Below, one piece after another: positions 20,524-30,414 of a DNA stretch of 64,000 bases. The stretch lies in the sequence record DRR723986_637. The stretch is one strand, 5' to 3'. Position numbers and translations under genes: made by a program. How positions within the stretch are numbered: position 1 is the stretch's first letter; the number at the start of each line of letters is the position of its first letter. The notes beneath the pieces are model-generated. The model had not been told where the DNA came from. It saw nothing but the letters and a program-made list of their open reading frames with translations, and made no database searches.

Positions 20524-21501
20524 TTATTTGTACATTACTTTTTTAACTGCTTTAACTACATCGTTACTGTTAGGTAACCACTCCTCTAATAAAACAGGTG
20601 AATATGGTGCAGGTGTATCTGCTGTATTTATTTTTACAACAGGAGCATCTAAATAATCAAATGCTTCTGATTGTACTAAATAGGTAATTTCAGTTGCCAC
20701 ATTTCCAAAAGGCCATGCCTCTTCTAAAATTACTAATCTATTTGTCTTTTTAACTGATTCTAAAATGGCATTTCTGTCCATTGGCCTCACTGTACGAAGA
20801 TCAATAATCTCACAAGAAATACCTTCTTTTTCTAGCTCATCGGCAGCTTTGTATGCTTCCTTAATAATTTTCCCAAAAGAAACGATTGTAACATCTGTAC
20901 CTTGTTTTTTAATATCAGCAACACCAATAGGCAATATATACTCACCTTCTGGCACTTCACCTTTATCACCATACATTTGTTCGCTTTCCATAAAAATTAC
21001 AGGATCGTCATCTCTTATGGCAGATTTAAGTAATCCTTTAGCATCATACGGATTTGACGGCACAATAACTTTTAGTCCAGGCGTGTTAGCAAACCAACTT
21101 TCAAAAGCTTGCGAGTGTGTCGCAGCTAATTGACCAGCTGAAGCCGTTGGTCCTCTAAATACAATTGGGCATTTAAACTGTCCACCAGACATCTGTCTAA
21201 TCTTTGCCGCATTATTTATGATTTGATCAATACCAACTAAAGAGAAGTTAAACGTCATATATTCTACAATCGGACGATTTCCTGTCATCGTAGAACCTAT
21301 GGCTATACCTGCAAAACCAAGTTCGGCAATGGGTGTATCTATAACTCGTTTTGGACCAAACTCGTCTAACATACCTTTTGACGCTTTGTATGCTCCATTA
21401 TATTCAGCTACTTCTTCTCCCATAAGATAAATACTTTCATCTCTGCGCATTTCTTCGCTCATGGCTTCTGCTATAGCTTCTCTAAATTGAATTGTCTTCA
21501 T
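20524..21501 (-). CDS. pdhB: Pyruvate dehydrogenase E1 beta subunit
   Basis: GEEVAEYNGAYK, DTPIAELGF, EYMTFNF and IDLRTVRP. Confidence 0.95.
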   Translation of the reverse strand: MKTIQFREAIAEAMSEEMRRDESIYLMGEEVAEYNGAYKASKGMLDEFGPKRVIDTPIAELGFAGIAIGSTMTGNRPIVEYMTFNFSLVGIDQIINNAAKIRQMSGGQFKCPIVFRGPTASAGQLAATHSQAFESWFANTPGLKVIVPSNPYDAKGLLKSAIRDDDPVIFMESEQMYGDKGEVPEGEYILPIGVADIKKQGTDVTIVSFGKIIKEAYKAADELEKEGISCEIIDLRTVRPMDRNAILESVKKTNRLVILEEAWPFGNVATEITYLVQSEAFDYLDAPVVKINTADTPAPYSPVLLEEWLPNSNDVVKAVKKVMYK

Positions 21502-21523
21502 TTATCTGATTTTTATCGAATAG

Positions 21524-21531
21524 CAAAAATA
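21524..21531 (-). promoter_or_regulatory. -7 promoter element TATTTTTG for pdhB
   Basis: TAnnTTTG 22 nt upstream of the ATG. Confidence 0.55.
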
Positions 21532-21745
21532 GGAATAAATGAAAAACTATATAAATCAAATTTCTTTAAAATTTATTATGCGTGCATAGTAAATATTCGA
21601 AATAAAATAATTATCTTCGTGACCGCAATATTTTAAGGTAATTTTTACCGCAAAAAACAATAAAAAATGAGAATTTGGGATGCGTTACGATAACGTTTTA
21701 GTAATTCTCAAAAACAATAAAAAAAACATAAATAACAACAAGATT

Positions 21746-22492
21746 ATGAAGATTTTAGTGTGTATAAGTCACGTACCAGACACTACATCGAAGATTAACT
21801 TTACAGATGGAGACAAAAAGTTTGATACTAATGGAGTTCAATTTGTAATAAATCCTAATGATGAGTTTGGATTAACACGTGCTATGTGGTTTAAAGAAAA
21901 ACAAGGAGCCAGTGTGGATGTTGTTAACGTTGGCGGTGCGGAAACCGAACCAACTTTAAGAAAAGCACTTGCTATTGGTGCTGATTCTGCTATTAGAGTA
22001 AACACAGAAGCTACCGATGGATTTGCTGTTGCTAAGCAACTTGCAAAAGTTGTACAAGATGGTGGTTATGATTTAGTAATTGCAGGAAGAGAATCAATTG
22101 ATTATAATGGTGGTATGGTGCCAGGTATGTTAGCGTCTATAATAGGTGCCAACTTCGTAACCAACTGTATAAGTTTAGAAGTAGATGGTACTAATGCCAA
22201 AGCCGTAAGAGAAATTGATGGAGGTAAAGAAACTGTTTCTACTTCCTTACCATTAGTTATTGGCGGACAAAAAGGACTTGTTGAAGAAAGTGACTTACGT
22301 ATACCTAATATGAGAGGAATAATGATGGCAAGAAAAAAACCATTATCAGTTGTAGAGCCAACTGATGCCAGTGCAGAAACAAAAGCTACTAGTTTTGAAA
22401 AACCAGCTCCAAAAGGTGCTGTAAAGTTAGTAGAACCAGATAATATTGATGAATTAATAAACCTACTTCATAACGAAGCTAAGGTGATTTAA
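21746..22492 (+). CDS. etfB: Electron transfer flavoprotein beta subunit
   Basis: MKILVCISHVPDT, ALAIGAD and GRESID; start reassigned to 21746. Confidence 0.95.
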   Translation: MKILVCISHVPDTTSKINFTDGDKKFDTNGVQFVINPNDEFGLTRAMWFKEKQGASVDVVNVGGAETEPTLRKALAIGADSAIRVNTEATDGFAVAKQLAKVVQDGGYDLVIAGRESIDYNGGMVPGMLASIIGANFVTNCISLEVDGTNAKAVREIDGGKETVSTSLPLVIGGQKGLVEESDLRIPNMRGIMMARKKPLSVVEPTDASAETKATSFEKPAPKGAVKLVEPDNIDELINLLHNEAKVI

Positions 22493-22503
22493 AAAAAAGA
22501 ATT

Positions 22504-23466
22504 ATGTCAGTTTTAGTATATACAGAATCAGAAAAAGGAAAATTTAAAAAAGCATCGTTTGAGGTGGTTTCTTATGCAAAAGCAATTGCAGACCAAATGG
22601 GAACATCAGTTACTGCTGTAACTGTAAATGCCGACAATGCAGAAGAATTGGGTAAATATGGTGCATCAAAAGTATTATCAATTAAAGATGATGGTTTAAA
22701 TACTTTTAACGCTAAGAAATATGCGGCAGCTGTCGAAGGTGCTGCAAAAAATGAAGATGCAAAAGTTATTGTGGTTAGCTCAAGTGCAGATAGTAAGTAT
22801 TTAGCTCCAATCTTAGCCGTAGGTTTAGCTGCTGGCTACGTTTCTAATGTTGTAGAAGCACCATCAAGTGTTGCGCCGTTTACAGTTAAGCGTACAGCAT
22901 TTACAAATAAAGCTTTTGCTAATACAGAAATAACTACAGATGTGAAAGTTGTAGGATTATCAAACAATTCTTACGGTGTTGTTGAGTCTGGTGGCAGTGC
23001 GAATGTAGAAGACTTTTCACCTTCTCTGCCTGAGTCTGGTGTGAGTGTTGAGTCTGTGGATAAAGCTACAGATAAAGTAAGCATAGCAGATGCTGAGGTT
23101 GTAGTATCTGGCGGAAGAGGTCTTAAAGGTCCAGAGAATTGGGGTATGATTGAAGAGTTAGCTGACGTTTTAGGAGCAGCAACTGCATGTTCTAAACCAG
23201 TTTCAGATTTAGGTTGGAGATCTCATAGCGAACACGTAGGTCAAACAGGGAAACCAGTAGCTACTAACCTATATATTGCTATTGGTATTTCAGGTGCTAT
23301 CCAGCATTTAGCAGGTATAAACGCCTCTAAAGTAAAAGTTGTGGTTAACACAGATCCTGAAGCGCCATTTTTTAAAGCTGCAGATTATGGTGTTGTTGGT
23401 GATGCCTTTGAGGTAGTGCCTCAACTCATAGAAAAATTAAAAGCATTTAAGGCGCAAAACGCATAA
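22504..23466 (+). CDS. etfA: Electron transfer flavoprotein alpha subunit
   Basis: VVSGGRG, VGQTGK and GISGAIQHLAG. Confidence 0.96.
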   Translation: MSVLVYTESEKGKFKKASFEVVSYAKAIADQMGTSVTAVTVNADNAEELGKYGASKVLSIKDDGLNTFNAKKYAAAVEGAAKNEDAKVIVVSSSADSKYLAPILAVGLAAGYVSNVVEAPSSVAPFTVKRTAFTNKAFANTEITTDVKVVGLSNNSYGVVESGGSANVEDFSPSLPESGVSVESVDKATDKVSIADAEVVVSGGRGLKGPENWGMIEELADVLGAATACSKPVSDLGWRSHSEHVGQTGKPVATNLYIAIGISGAIQHLAGINASKVKVVVNTDPEAPFFKAADYGVVGDAFEVVPQLIEKLKAFKAQNA

Positions 23467-23487
23467 TTTTATTACCTTGTAAATAGT

Positions 23488-23604
23488 AAAGGGCTGTTTA
23501 AATTTTGATTTTCTAAAAAGTACTTGCGTTTTATCGAAAGTATTAAGAAAAATATCCAATAGTGCATTATGCAGTTGGTAAAGTCCAAATTTAAACAGTT
23601 CTTT
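23488..23604 (+). ncRNA. Candidate structured RNA (long closing stem enclosing two hairpins) upstream of the DUF151 gene
   Basis: 23488-23512 pairs with 23580-23604 (25 bp, three G-U, one mismatch); inner UACUU/AAGUA and CCAAU-UGCA/UGCA-GUUGG stems. Confidence 0.45.
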
Positions 23605-23618
23605 GTGTTTTATAGATT

Positions 23619-24233
23619 ATGAGCTTAGTACGATTAAATATTAAAGGCATTTCTTATAGCCAAACACAGAATGGCGCTTATGCTTTAATCCTAAATGAGG
23701 TTGATGGTGACAGAAAATTACCTATTGTCATTGGTGCTTTTGAAGCACAATCAATTGCCATTGCACTTGAAAAAGAGATTAGACCTCCACGACCATTAAC
23801 TCACGATTTATTTAAAAACTTCGCAGATCGTTTTGATATCATCGTAAAACAAGTCATTATACACAAATTGGTTGACGGAGTGTTTTACTCTAGCTTAATC
23901 TGTGAACGTGATAAAATTGAAGAAATTATAGATGCAAGAACCAGTGATGCTATTGCATTAGCGTTACGCTTTCAAGCGCCAATTTTTACGTATAAAAACA
24001 TCTTAGACAAGGCAGGTATTTATTTAAAAGTGAATCCTAAGAAAGAGGATGAAGAACAGGATAGTATTTTAGTCGATGATATCATTGCCGAAGAAATTGA
24101 AACTGTAACAGCAGAACAAGAAAGCTACAAAGACAAGTCCCTTGAAGAACTTCATAAACTTTTAGAAGATGCAGTTAATAATGAAGATTATGAACTCGCC
24201 GCAAAAATAAGAGACGAAATTTCTAAACGCTAA
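23619..24233 (+). CDS. Bifunctional nuclease (DUF151) with C-terminal UVR motif
   Basis: LPIVIGAFEAQSI, RPLTHDL and DARTSDAIALA; EDYELAAKIRDEI. Confidence 0.92.
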   Translation: MSLVRLNIKGISYSQTQNGAYALILNEVDGDRKLPIVIGAFEAQSIAIALEKEIRPPRPLTHDLFKNFADRFDIIVKQVIIHKLVDGVFYSSLICERDKIEEIIDARTSDAIALALRFQAPIFTYKNILDKAGIYLKVNPKKEDEEQDSILVDDIIAEEIETVTAEQESYKDKSLEELHKLLEDAVNNEDYELAAKIRDEISKR

Positions 24234-24249
24234 CTAACACAATACTTTC

Positions 24250-25944
24250 ATGACTAAGTTTTTTAAGGCCCTTCTTGCTATATTTATTGCAACATCATCA
24301 ATTACAGCACAAGAGCTGGAAAAAACATGGCAATTCGATGCCATAGAAAATAGTTCAGGACAATCACTTTTCAATATAACTGACAACGACACTATACGAT
24401 TTAGTGGAGGTGAATTTGGATATTCTTTAGAAGCAAAGAATAATTTAAAAGCCTCTGGTGATTATATGTATCAAAACAACTTATTATTATTCTATTATAA
24501 TCAACCAAACGACACATTACGTAAATACAAAATTACCGAACTAACAGATTCGACACTGGTATTTAATGAAGCTGGTGTTAATTATAAGTTTTCACCATAC
24601 CAGCGTATTATAGAATCTGAAGATACAATTATTGCCAGTCAAGGATTCTCAATAAATAGCTTATGGAGAGGTGTTTTAGGTATGATTACTTTAATTTTTA
24701 TTGCATTTTTATTCAGTAGTAATCGAAAAGCCATTAACTGGAAAACTGTTGGTATTGGATTAGCATTTCAACTACTTATTGCCATTGGTGTTTTGCGTGT
24801 TGGATTTGTAAAAACAGCATTTGAATGGGTTGGTAGTTTATTTGTTAGTGTCCTAGATTTTACAAGGGCAGGTAGTAAGTTTTTATTTGAAGGTTTGGTG
24901 GTAGATATGGACACTTTTGGTTTCATTTTTGCATTTCAGGTATTGCCTACTATTTTATTTTTCTCAGCATTAACATCCGTTTTATTCTACTTAGGGATCA
25001 TCCAGAAAGTGGTAAAGGCATTTGGATGGTTACTAACCAAGCTACTAAAGATATCAGGTGCAGAAAGTTTAAGTGTAGCAGGTAATATTTTCTTAGGTCA
25101 AACTGAAGCACCATTGCTAATAAAGGCGTATTTAGAAAAAATGAATAAGTCTGAAATCCTTTTAGTAATGATTGGTGGTATGGCTACGGTTGCTGGCGCT
25201 GTGTTAGCAGCCTATATTGGCTTTTTAGGTGGTGATGATCCTGCTTTGAGGTTAGTTTATGCTAAACACTTACTAGCAGCTTCTGTTATGGCAGCACCAG
25301 GAGCAATTGTGATTTCTAAAATATTGTTTCCACAAACCGAAGAGATAAACACAGACGTGTCTGTATCACAAGAAAAAATTGGCTCTAATTTGTTAGATGC
25401 AATTGCCAATGGAACTACAGAAGGCTTAAAGTTAGCAGTAAATGTAGGCGCAATGTTATTAGTCTTTGTGGCCTTTATTGCAATGATAAATGGCATCTTA
25501 GGTTGGGTTGGTGATGTAACCACATTAAATACATGGATGGCTGCAAACACACCTTATCAATCATTCTCATTAGAGGCAATTTTAGGTACTGTCTTTGCAC
25601 CTTTAATGTGGTTAATTGGTGTTGCGAAAGAAGACGTTATGATGATGGGACAACTATTAGGAATTAAACTAGCTGCAAGTGAGTTTGTAGGCTATATCCA
25701 ATTAGCCGATTTAAAAAATGTAGCGAATACGACGCATCTTACCTATGAAAAATCAATAATCATGGCAACCTATATGCTTTGCGGTTTTGCCAACTTTGCT
25801 TCTATTGGTATACAGATTGGTGGTATTGGTTCTTTAGCACCAGGACAACGTAAACAACTTTCTAAATTTGGCATGAAGGCATTAATTGGTGGTACGATTG
25901 CATCATTAATTTCAGCAACTATTGCTGGAATGATTATTGGCTAG
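24250..25944 (+). CDS. nupC: CNT/NupC-family nucleoside transporter with extra N-terminal exported domain
   Basis: FAFQVLPTI, NIFLGQTEAP and LCGFANFASIGIQIGG; signal peptide plus about 110 aa soluble domain. Confidence 0.9.
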   Translation: MTKFFKALLAIFIATSSITAQELEKTWQFDAIENSSGQSLFNITDNDTIRFSGGEFGYSLEAKNNLKASGDYMYQNNLLLFYYNQPNDTLRKYKITELTDSTLVFNEAGVNYKFSPYQRIIESEDTIIASQGFSINSLWRGVLGMITLIFIAFLFSSNRKAINWKTVGIGLAFQLLIAIGVLRVGFVKTAFEWVGSLFVSVLDFTRAGSKFLFEGLVVDMDTFGFIFAFQVLPTILFFSALTSVLFYLGIIQKVVKAFGWLLTKLLKISGAESLSVAGNIFLGQTEAPLLIKAYLEKMNKSEILLVMIGGMATVAGAVLAAYIGFLGGDDPALRLVYAKHLLAASVMAAPGAIVISKILFPQTEEINTDVSVSQEKIGSNLLDAIANGTTEGLKLAVNVGAMLLVFVAFIAMINGILGWVGDVTTLNTWMAANTPYQSFSLEAILGTVFAPLMWLIGVAKEDVMMMGQLLGIKLAASEFVGYIQLADLKNVANTTHLTYEKSIIMATYMLCGFANFASIGIQIGGIGSLAPGQRKQLSKFGMKALIGGTIASLISATIAGMIIG

Positions 25945-25985
25945 TTACGAATCACTTAAGTCGTTAATAACTTTTAATATTATAC

Positions 25986-26021
25986 AAAGCTTCTTGTCTA
26001 TTTGATTTGAAGCTTTTTTTT
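25986..26021 (+). terminator. Terminator after nupC
   Basis: AAAGCTTC...GAAGCTTT followed by a T run. Confidence 0.6.
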
Positions 26022-26117
26022 ATTTTCGTTTTCGGTTCAGGCTGAACAGGTTTTAGCATAGTGTCCCAAAAAAATTAGTTTAATTTAAATAGATTCCTGC
26101 TTATGCAGGAACTGAGC

Positions 26118-26942
26118 ATGAAACAATACCACGACTTAGTAAAACACGTTTTAGAAAACGGAAACGAAAAAGGAGATAGAACAGGTACAGGCACAAAGAG
26201 TGTTTTTGGTTACCAAATGCGTTTTGATTTGAGTGACGGATTCCCAATGGTAACGACCAAAAAACTGCACTTAAAATCCATAATCTATGAATTACTTTGG
26301 TTTTTAAAAGGCGATACTAACATTAATTATCTAACCGAAAACGGTGTTAGAATCTGGAACGATTGGGCAGATGAAAATGGTGATTTAGGTCCTGTATATG
26401 GCCACCAATGGCGCAATTGGGCAAGTGAAGATATAGACCAAATTAAAGCTGTAATTAATGGTTTAAAAAATAATCCTAATAGCCGTAGAATGTTAGTTTC
26501 TGCCTGGAATCCTTCAGTTTTGCCAGATACCTCAAAGTCATTCTCAGAAAATGTGGCTAACGGAAAAGCTGCCTTACCTCCTTGCCATGCATTCTTTCAG
26601 TTTTATGTAGCGAATGGTAAGTTATCATGTCAATTATACCAACGTAGTGCAGATATCTTTTTAGGAGTACCATTTAATATTGCATCATACGCCTTATTAA
26701 CTATGATGGTAGCTCAAGTATGTGGTTACCAGCCAGGTGATTTTATACATACGTTTGGTGATGCTCATATTTACAACAATCACGTTGAACAATTAGAGCT
26801 TCAGTTATCTAGAGATATTAGACCATTACCTAAAATGATCTTAAATCCTGAGATAAAAGATATCTTCAATTTTAAGTTTGAAGACTTTACACTTGTAGAT
26901 TACAATCCGCATCCACATATTAAAGGAGCTGTTGCTGTATAA
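26118..26942 (+). CDS. thyA: Thymidylate synthase
   Basis: DRTGTGT, catalytic LPPCH and [13 protein letters not shown]; probable start MKQYHD at 26118. Confidence 0.97.
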   Translation: MKQYHDLVKHVLENGNEKGDRTGTGTKSVFGYQMRFDLSDGFPMVTTKKLHLKSIIYELLWFLKGDTNINYLTENGVRIWNDWADENGDLGPVYGHQWRNWASEDIDQIKAVINGLKNNPNSRRMLVSAWNPSVLPDTSKSFSENVANGKAALPPCHAFFQFYVANGKLSCQLYQRSADIFLGVPFNIASYALLTMMVAQVCGYQPGDFIHTFGDAHIYNNHVEQLELQLSRDIRPLPKMILNPEIKDIFNFKFEDFTLVDYNPHPHIKGAVAV

Positions 26943-26951
26943 CATTGTATT

Positions 26952-27395
26952 GTGACGAAATCATTAGTGTTTACCTTTTTCATCCTAACTATACATTTAG
27001 GCACCAATGCACAGGAAGTTGATGAAGTGCCTTTTGGAACAGTTGAACATGTCCCAGTCTATCCTGGTTGTGAGCATCTAAAAGAAAATGTAGATCTTAA
27101 AAATTGCATGTCTGATAAAGTTGCCCGGTTTGTTTCAAAAAAAATAAAAAAGCGTGTTTTAAGTTCTAATTTGAGTAATGGTAAGAAACGAATTTTCGTA
27201 GGATTTAAAATAAATACATCTGGGGAAATCATAGACATTCAAGTACGTGGCCCTAGCAGAACGGCTGAAAGAGAAGCTAAAAGAGTAATAAATCTATTAC
27301 CAAAAATGGTTTCACCTGGCATGGTTGAAGGCCAACATGTAATTGTACCTTATTCACTACCAATTATCTTTGAGGTTAAAAATAAAAGGAATTAA
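26952..27395 (+). CDS. TonB C-terminal domain protein
   Basis: VPVYPGC, EAKRVINLLPKM and VPYSLPIIF; signal peptide; GTG start. Confidence 0.8.
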   Translation: MTKSLVFTFFILTIHLGTNAQEVDEVPFGTVEHVPVYPGCEHLKENVDLKNCMSDKVARFVSKKIKKRVLSSNLSNGKKRIFVGFKINTSGEIIDIQVRGPSRTAEREAKRVINLLPKMVSPGMVEGQHVIVPYSLPIIFEVKNKRN

Positions 27396-27424
27396 AAAAA
27401 GCGTCTCATTTCTGAGACGCTTTT
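27394..27424. terminator. Bidirectional terminator
   Basis: AAAAGCGTCTCA-TTTC-TGAGACGCTTTT between convergent genes. Confidence 0.9.
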
Positions 27425-27447
27425 AATGTTATTGTTAAAACAGTAAT

Positions 27448-27747
27448 TTAGACATTTAGAACACCATTTTCGGCTGCAGCAAAATCGCTCCATGCATAAG
27501 CATCAGCTTGGTCATCGTTTCTCCATTGACCATCTACTACATATCTAAACTCGTAAGAGTTGTCTTTTTCTAAATCTAACGTTCCTTTAAACGTTCCGTT
27601 TTTTAATTTCTTTAATTTAACAGCTTTCTTTTCATTCCATTCATTGAATGATCCTAATACTGCTACTTTTTTTGCTTCTTCAGCAGGCACAGAAAATGTT
27701 ACCTTACATACTGGCTTGCTTTTTAAATACTGCTTTTTAATTGCCAT
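27448..27747 (-). CDS. Stand-alone CBM48-like (isoamylase early-set) protein
   Basis: VTFSV, VLGSFNEW and YEFRYVVDGQW. Confidence 0.85.
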   Translation of the reverse strand: MAIKKQYLKSKPVCKVTFSVPAEEAKKVAVLGSFNEWNEKKAVKLKKLKNGTFKGTLDLEKDNSYEFRYVVDGQWRNDDQADAYAWSDFAAAENGVLNV

Positions 27748-28033
27748 AATAGATAGATTTAATTATGGGGTAAAAGTATAAAAGAATCAAACACTTCATA
27801 TTGTTTAAGGACTATAAAACATAAGAATTATCATTTTCATAAAATAGGAGTAACTTTTTGATGAACTTCATATTTTTTTAGTGGAAAAATTAACAGTTTA
27901 ATAATCGATTTTTCATCTCTTAAAGCCTGATTATCAAATATATCGTTTTCGAAAAATCGATACAAACAACCCATAAAATTTACGATATCGTTTTAGTGAA
28001 AAAAAAGTATCTTTACTTTACAAAACAACGCAT

Positions 28034-28966
28034 ATGTTTGGTAAGAAAAAACAAGTTTCTACAATAGATAAAGACCAGTTAGAACTCATAGAAAATGCTC
28101 AAAAACGCATTAAACAAAAAAAGCGTTTATATATCCATTTGGTCATTTTTCTTATAGGTGCTGTCTTTTTAATAATTGCTAATACGGTGTTAGGAATTGG
28201 TAAAGATTTTCAAATTGCAGGAATTGATTGGTTTGTATATGCAATCGTTGCATGGTTGTTTTTATTTGTTTATCATTTTATAAATGTCTTCATCACCAAT
28301 AAATTTATGGGCAAGGATTGGGAAAAACAGCAACTTGATAAATTAGTGAATCAACAACAACAACGTATAGATAAACTAAAGGCAAATTTCCTTAAAGAAG
28401 AAACTAAAATAGCACAAACACAGGCCTACAATGAGGCAAAGTCAGAATCACAAACAAGTGAAAAAAAAAACTCTACTGAATTAACAATAATTGTAGCTGC
28501 AGGTGAAAATAATGCTATAGGAAAGGACAATGACCTCATATGGCATTTGAGTAATGACTTAAAACGATTTAAAAGACTTACTAATGGTCATCATATCATT
28601 ATGGGCCGTAAGACTTTTGAAAGTTTCCCAAAACCATTACCTAACAGAACGCATATTGTTATTACCAGACAACAAGATTATAAAGCTCCAGAGGGAGTTA
28701 TTATTGTCAATTCTTTAGCAGATGCAGTTGATGCAGCCAAAACCGACAAACAACCATTTGTTATTGGTGGCGGAGAAATATACAGACAAGCGATGCCATT
28801 AGTAGATAAATTAGAAATTACCAGAGTGCACGCATCATTTGATGATGCTGACACCTTCTTTCCTGATATAGATAAAACTGTTTGGAAAGAGGTTGAAAGA
28901 AGCACACATGACGCTGATGATAAGCATGCACATGCCTTTTCATTTATAACTTACGTAAGACGATAA
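28034..28966 (+). CDS. folA: 2TM-domain / dihydrofolate reductase fusion
   Basis: Two TM helices plus coiled coil, then DHFR (IIVAAGENNAIG, IMGRKTFES, LPNR, IGGGEIY, DTFFP). Confidence 0.9.
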   Translation: MFGKKKQVSTIDKDQLELIENAQKRIKQKKRLYIHLVIFLIGAVFLIIANTVLGIGKDFQIAGIDWFVYAIVAWLFLFVYHFINVFITNKFMGKDWEKQQLDKLVNQQQQRIDKLKANFLKEETKIAQTQAYNEAKSESQTSEKKNSTELTIIVAAGENNAIGKDNDLIWHLSNDLKRFKRLTNGHHIIMGRKTFESFPKPLPNRTHIVITRQQDYKAPEGVIIVNSLADAVDAAKTDKQPFVIGGGEIYRQAMPLVDKLEITRVHASFDDADTFFPDIDKTVWKEVERSTHDADDKHAHAFSFITYVRR

Positions 28967-28973
28967 ATATTTC

Positions 28974-28981
28974 TATTTTTG
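28974..28981 (+). promoter_or_regulatory. -7 promoter element TATTTTTG for fabD
   Basis: TAnnTTTG 22 nt upstream of the ATG. Confidence 0.55.
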
Positions 28982-29003
28982 CAGCATTAAATTTGAAACT
29001 AAT

Positions 29004-29897
29004 ATGAACGCATATATATTTCCTGGTCAAGGAGCTCAATTTTCAGGAATGGGCTTAGACCTATATGAAAACTCACCCTTAGCTCAAGAACTATTTGAAA
29101 AAGCAAATGAAATCTTAGGCTTTTCAATTACTGATGTAATGTTTGAAGGCTCAGCTGAAGATCTAAAAGAAACTAAGGTTACTCAACCAGCAATTTTTTT
29201 ACATTCTGTAATATTAGCTAAAACCTTAGGTGATAGCTTTAAACCAGATATGGTTGCAGGGCATTCGCTTGGTGAATTTTCTGCTTTAGTTGCAGCAGGA
29301 GCTCTGACATTTGAAGACGGATTGAAACTTGTATCTCAACGTGCTCAAGCGATGCAAAAAGCTTGTGAATTACAACCTAGCACAATGGCAGCAGTTTTAG
29401 GATTAGATGATGATATAGTAGAAAAAGTTTGTGCTATGACAGAAGGTGTTGTGGTTGCAGCCAACTATAATTGCCCAGGGCAACTAGTGATCTCTGGTGA
29501 AATTGAAGCCATAAATAGAGCGTGTGAATCTCTTAAGGAAGAAGGTGCCAGACGTGCATTAGTACTACCAGTTGGTGGAGCATTTCATTCACCAATGATG
29601 GAACCTGCACGTGAAGAATTAGCAGCAGCCATTGAAAACACAACATTCAGCAAACCTAATTGCCCAATATATCAAAATGTAATAGCATCTGCTGTTACAA
29701 ACGAAAGTGAAATCAAAGCAAATTTAATTTCTCAGCTAACAGCACCTGTACGTTGGACACAGTCTGTACAACAAATGATTGCAGATGGTGCAACTCATTT
29801 TACAGAAGTAGGTCCTGGTAAAATTTTACAAGGCTTAGTTAGAAAAATTTACAGAGAAGCTGAAACAGCTTCAGCTACTTTTGAAACTAACGCCTAA
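29004..29897 (+). CDS. fabD: Malonyl-CoA:ACP transacylase
   Basis: FPGQGAQ, GHSLGE and GAFHS. Confidence 0.97.
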   Translation: MNAYIFPGQGAQFSGMGLDLYENSPLAQELFEKANEILGFSITDVMFEGSAEDLKETKVTQPAIFLHSVILAKTLGDSFKPDMVAGHSLGEFSALVAAGALTFEDGLKLVSQRAQAMQKACELQPSTMAAVLGLDDDIVEKVCAMTEGVVVAANYNCPGQLVISGEIEAINRACESLKEEGARRALVLPVGGAFHSPMMEPAREELAAAIENTTFSKPNCPIYQNVIASAVTNESEIKANLISQLTAPVRWTQSVQQMIADGATHFTEVGPGKILQGLVRKIYREAETASATFETNA

Positions 29898-29911
29898 TAA
29901 CACACACTACT

Positions 29912-30409
29912 TTGAAAAGAAATGTATTTATTGTAAGTCTCATAGCATTTAATATTGCTATAGATCAAATTTCAAAAGTGCTTGTTAGAGCTAATTTTGA
30001 GTATCGGGAAATAAAGCCACTAATTGGAGATAAATTCATCATGCAATACGTAGAAAACAAAGGTGCTTTTCTAGGTATGGGAAGCGACATGAATGATACA
30101 TTAAAGCTTATATTCCTGTTGATTTTACCAACAATTGTATTGGGCTACGTCATTTACTATATCGTAAAAACCAAAGAATTAGACCGCTTAAGTCTTATTG
30201 CGTTTTGCTGTATTATTGGAGGTGGAATAGCCAATGTCTTTGACCGAATAGTTTATGGACAAGTTACAGACTTCTTTTTTATTAATCTAGGCGGAATTTT
30301 TAAAACTGGTATTTTCAACGTTGCCGATCTTTCGGTTACCACTGGTATGATTATGCTTTTATTTAGCGGTGTTTTTAACAATAAGAAAAAGGAAGTTATT
30401 GACACTTAA
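29912..30409 (+). CDS. lspA: Lipoprotein signal peptidase II
   Basis: DQISK, NKGAFLG, ANVFDR, VTDF and FNVAD. Confidence 0.95.
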   Translation: MKRNVFIVSLIAFNIAIDQISKVLVRANFEYREIKPLIGDKFIMQYVENKGAFLGMGSDMNDTLKLIFLLILPTIVLGYVIYYIVKTKELDRLSLIAFCCIIGGGIANVFDRIVYGQVTDFFFINLGGIFKTGIFNVADLSVTTGMIMLLFSGVFNNKKKEVIDT

Positions 30410-30414
30410 AATTT

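Noticed and set aside
23619-24233. DUF151 nuclease as an anti-phage defence gene
   Set aside because: It sits among housekeeping genes with no defence-type partners
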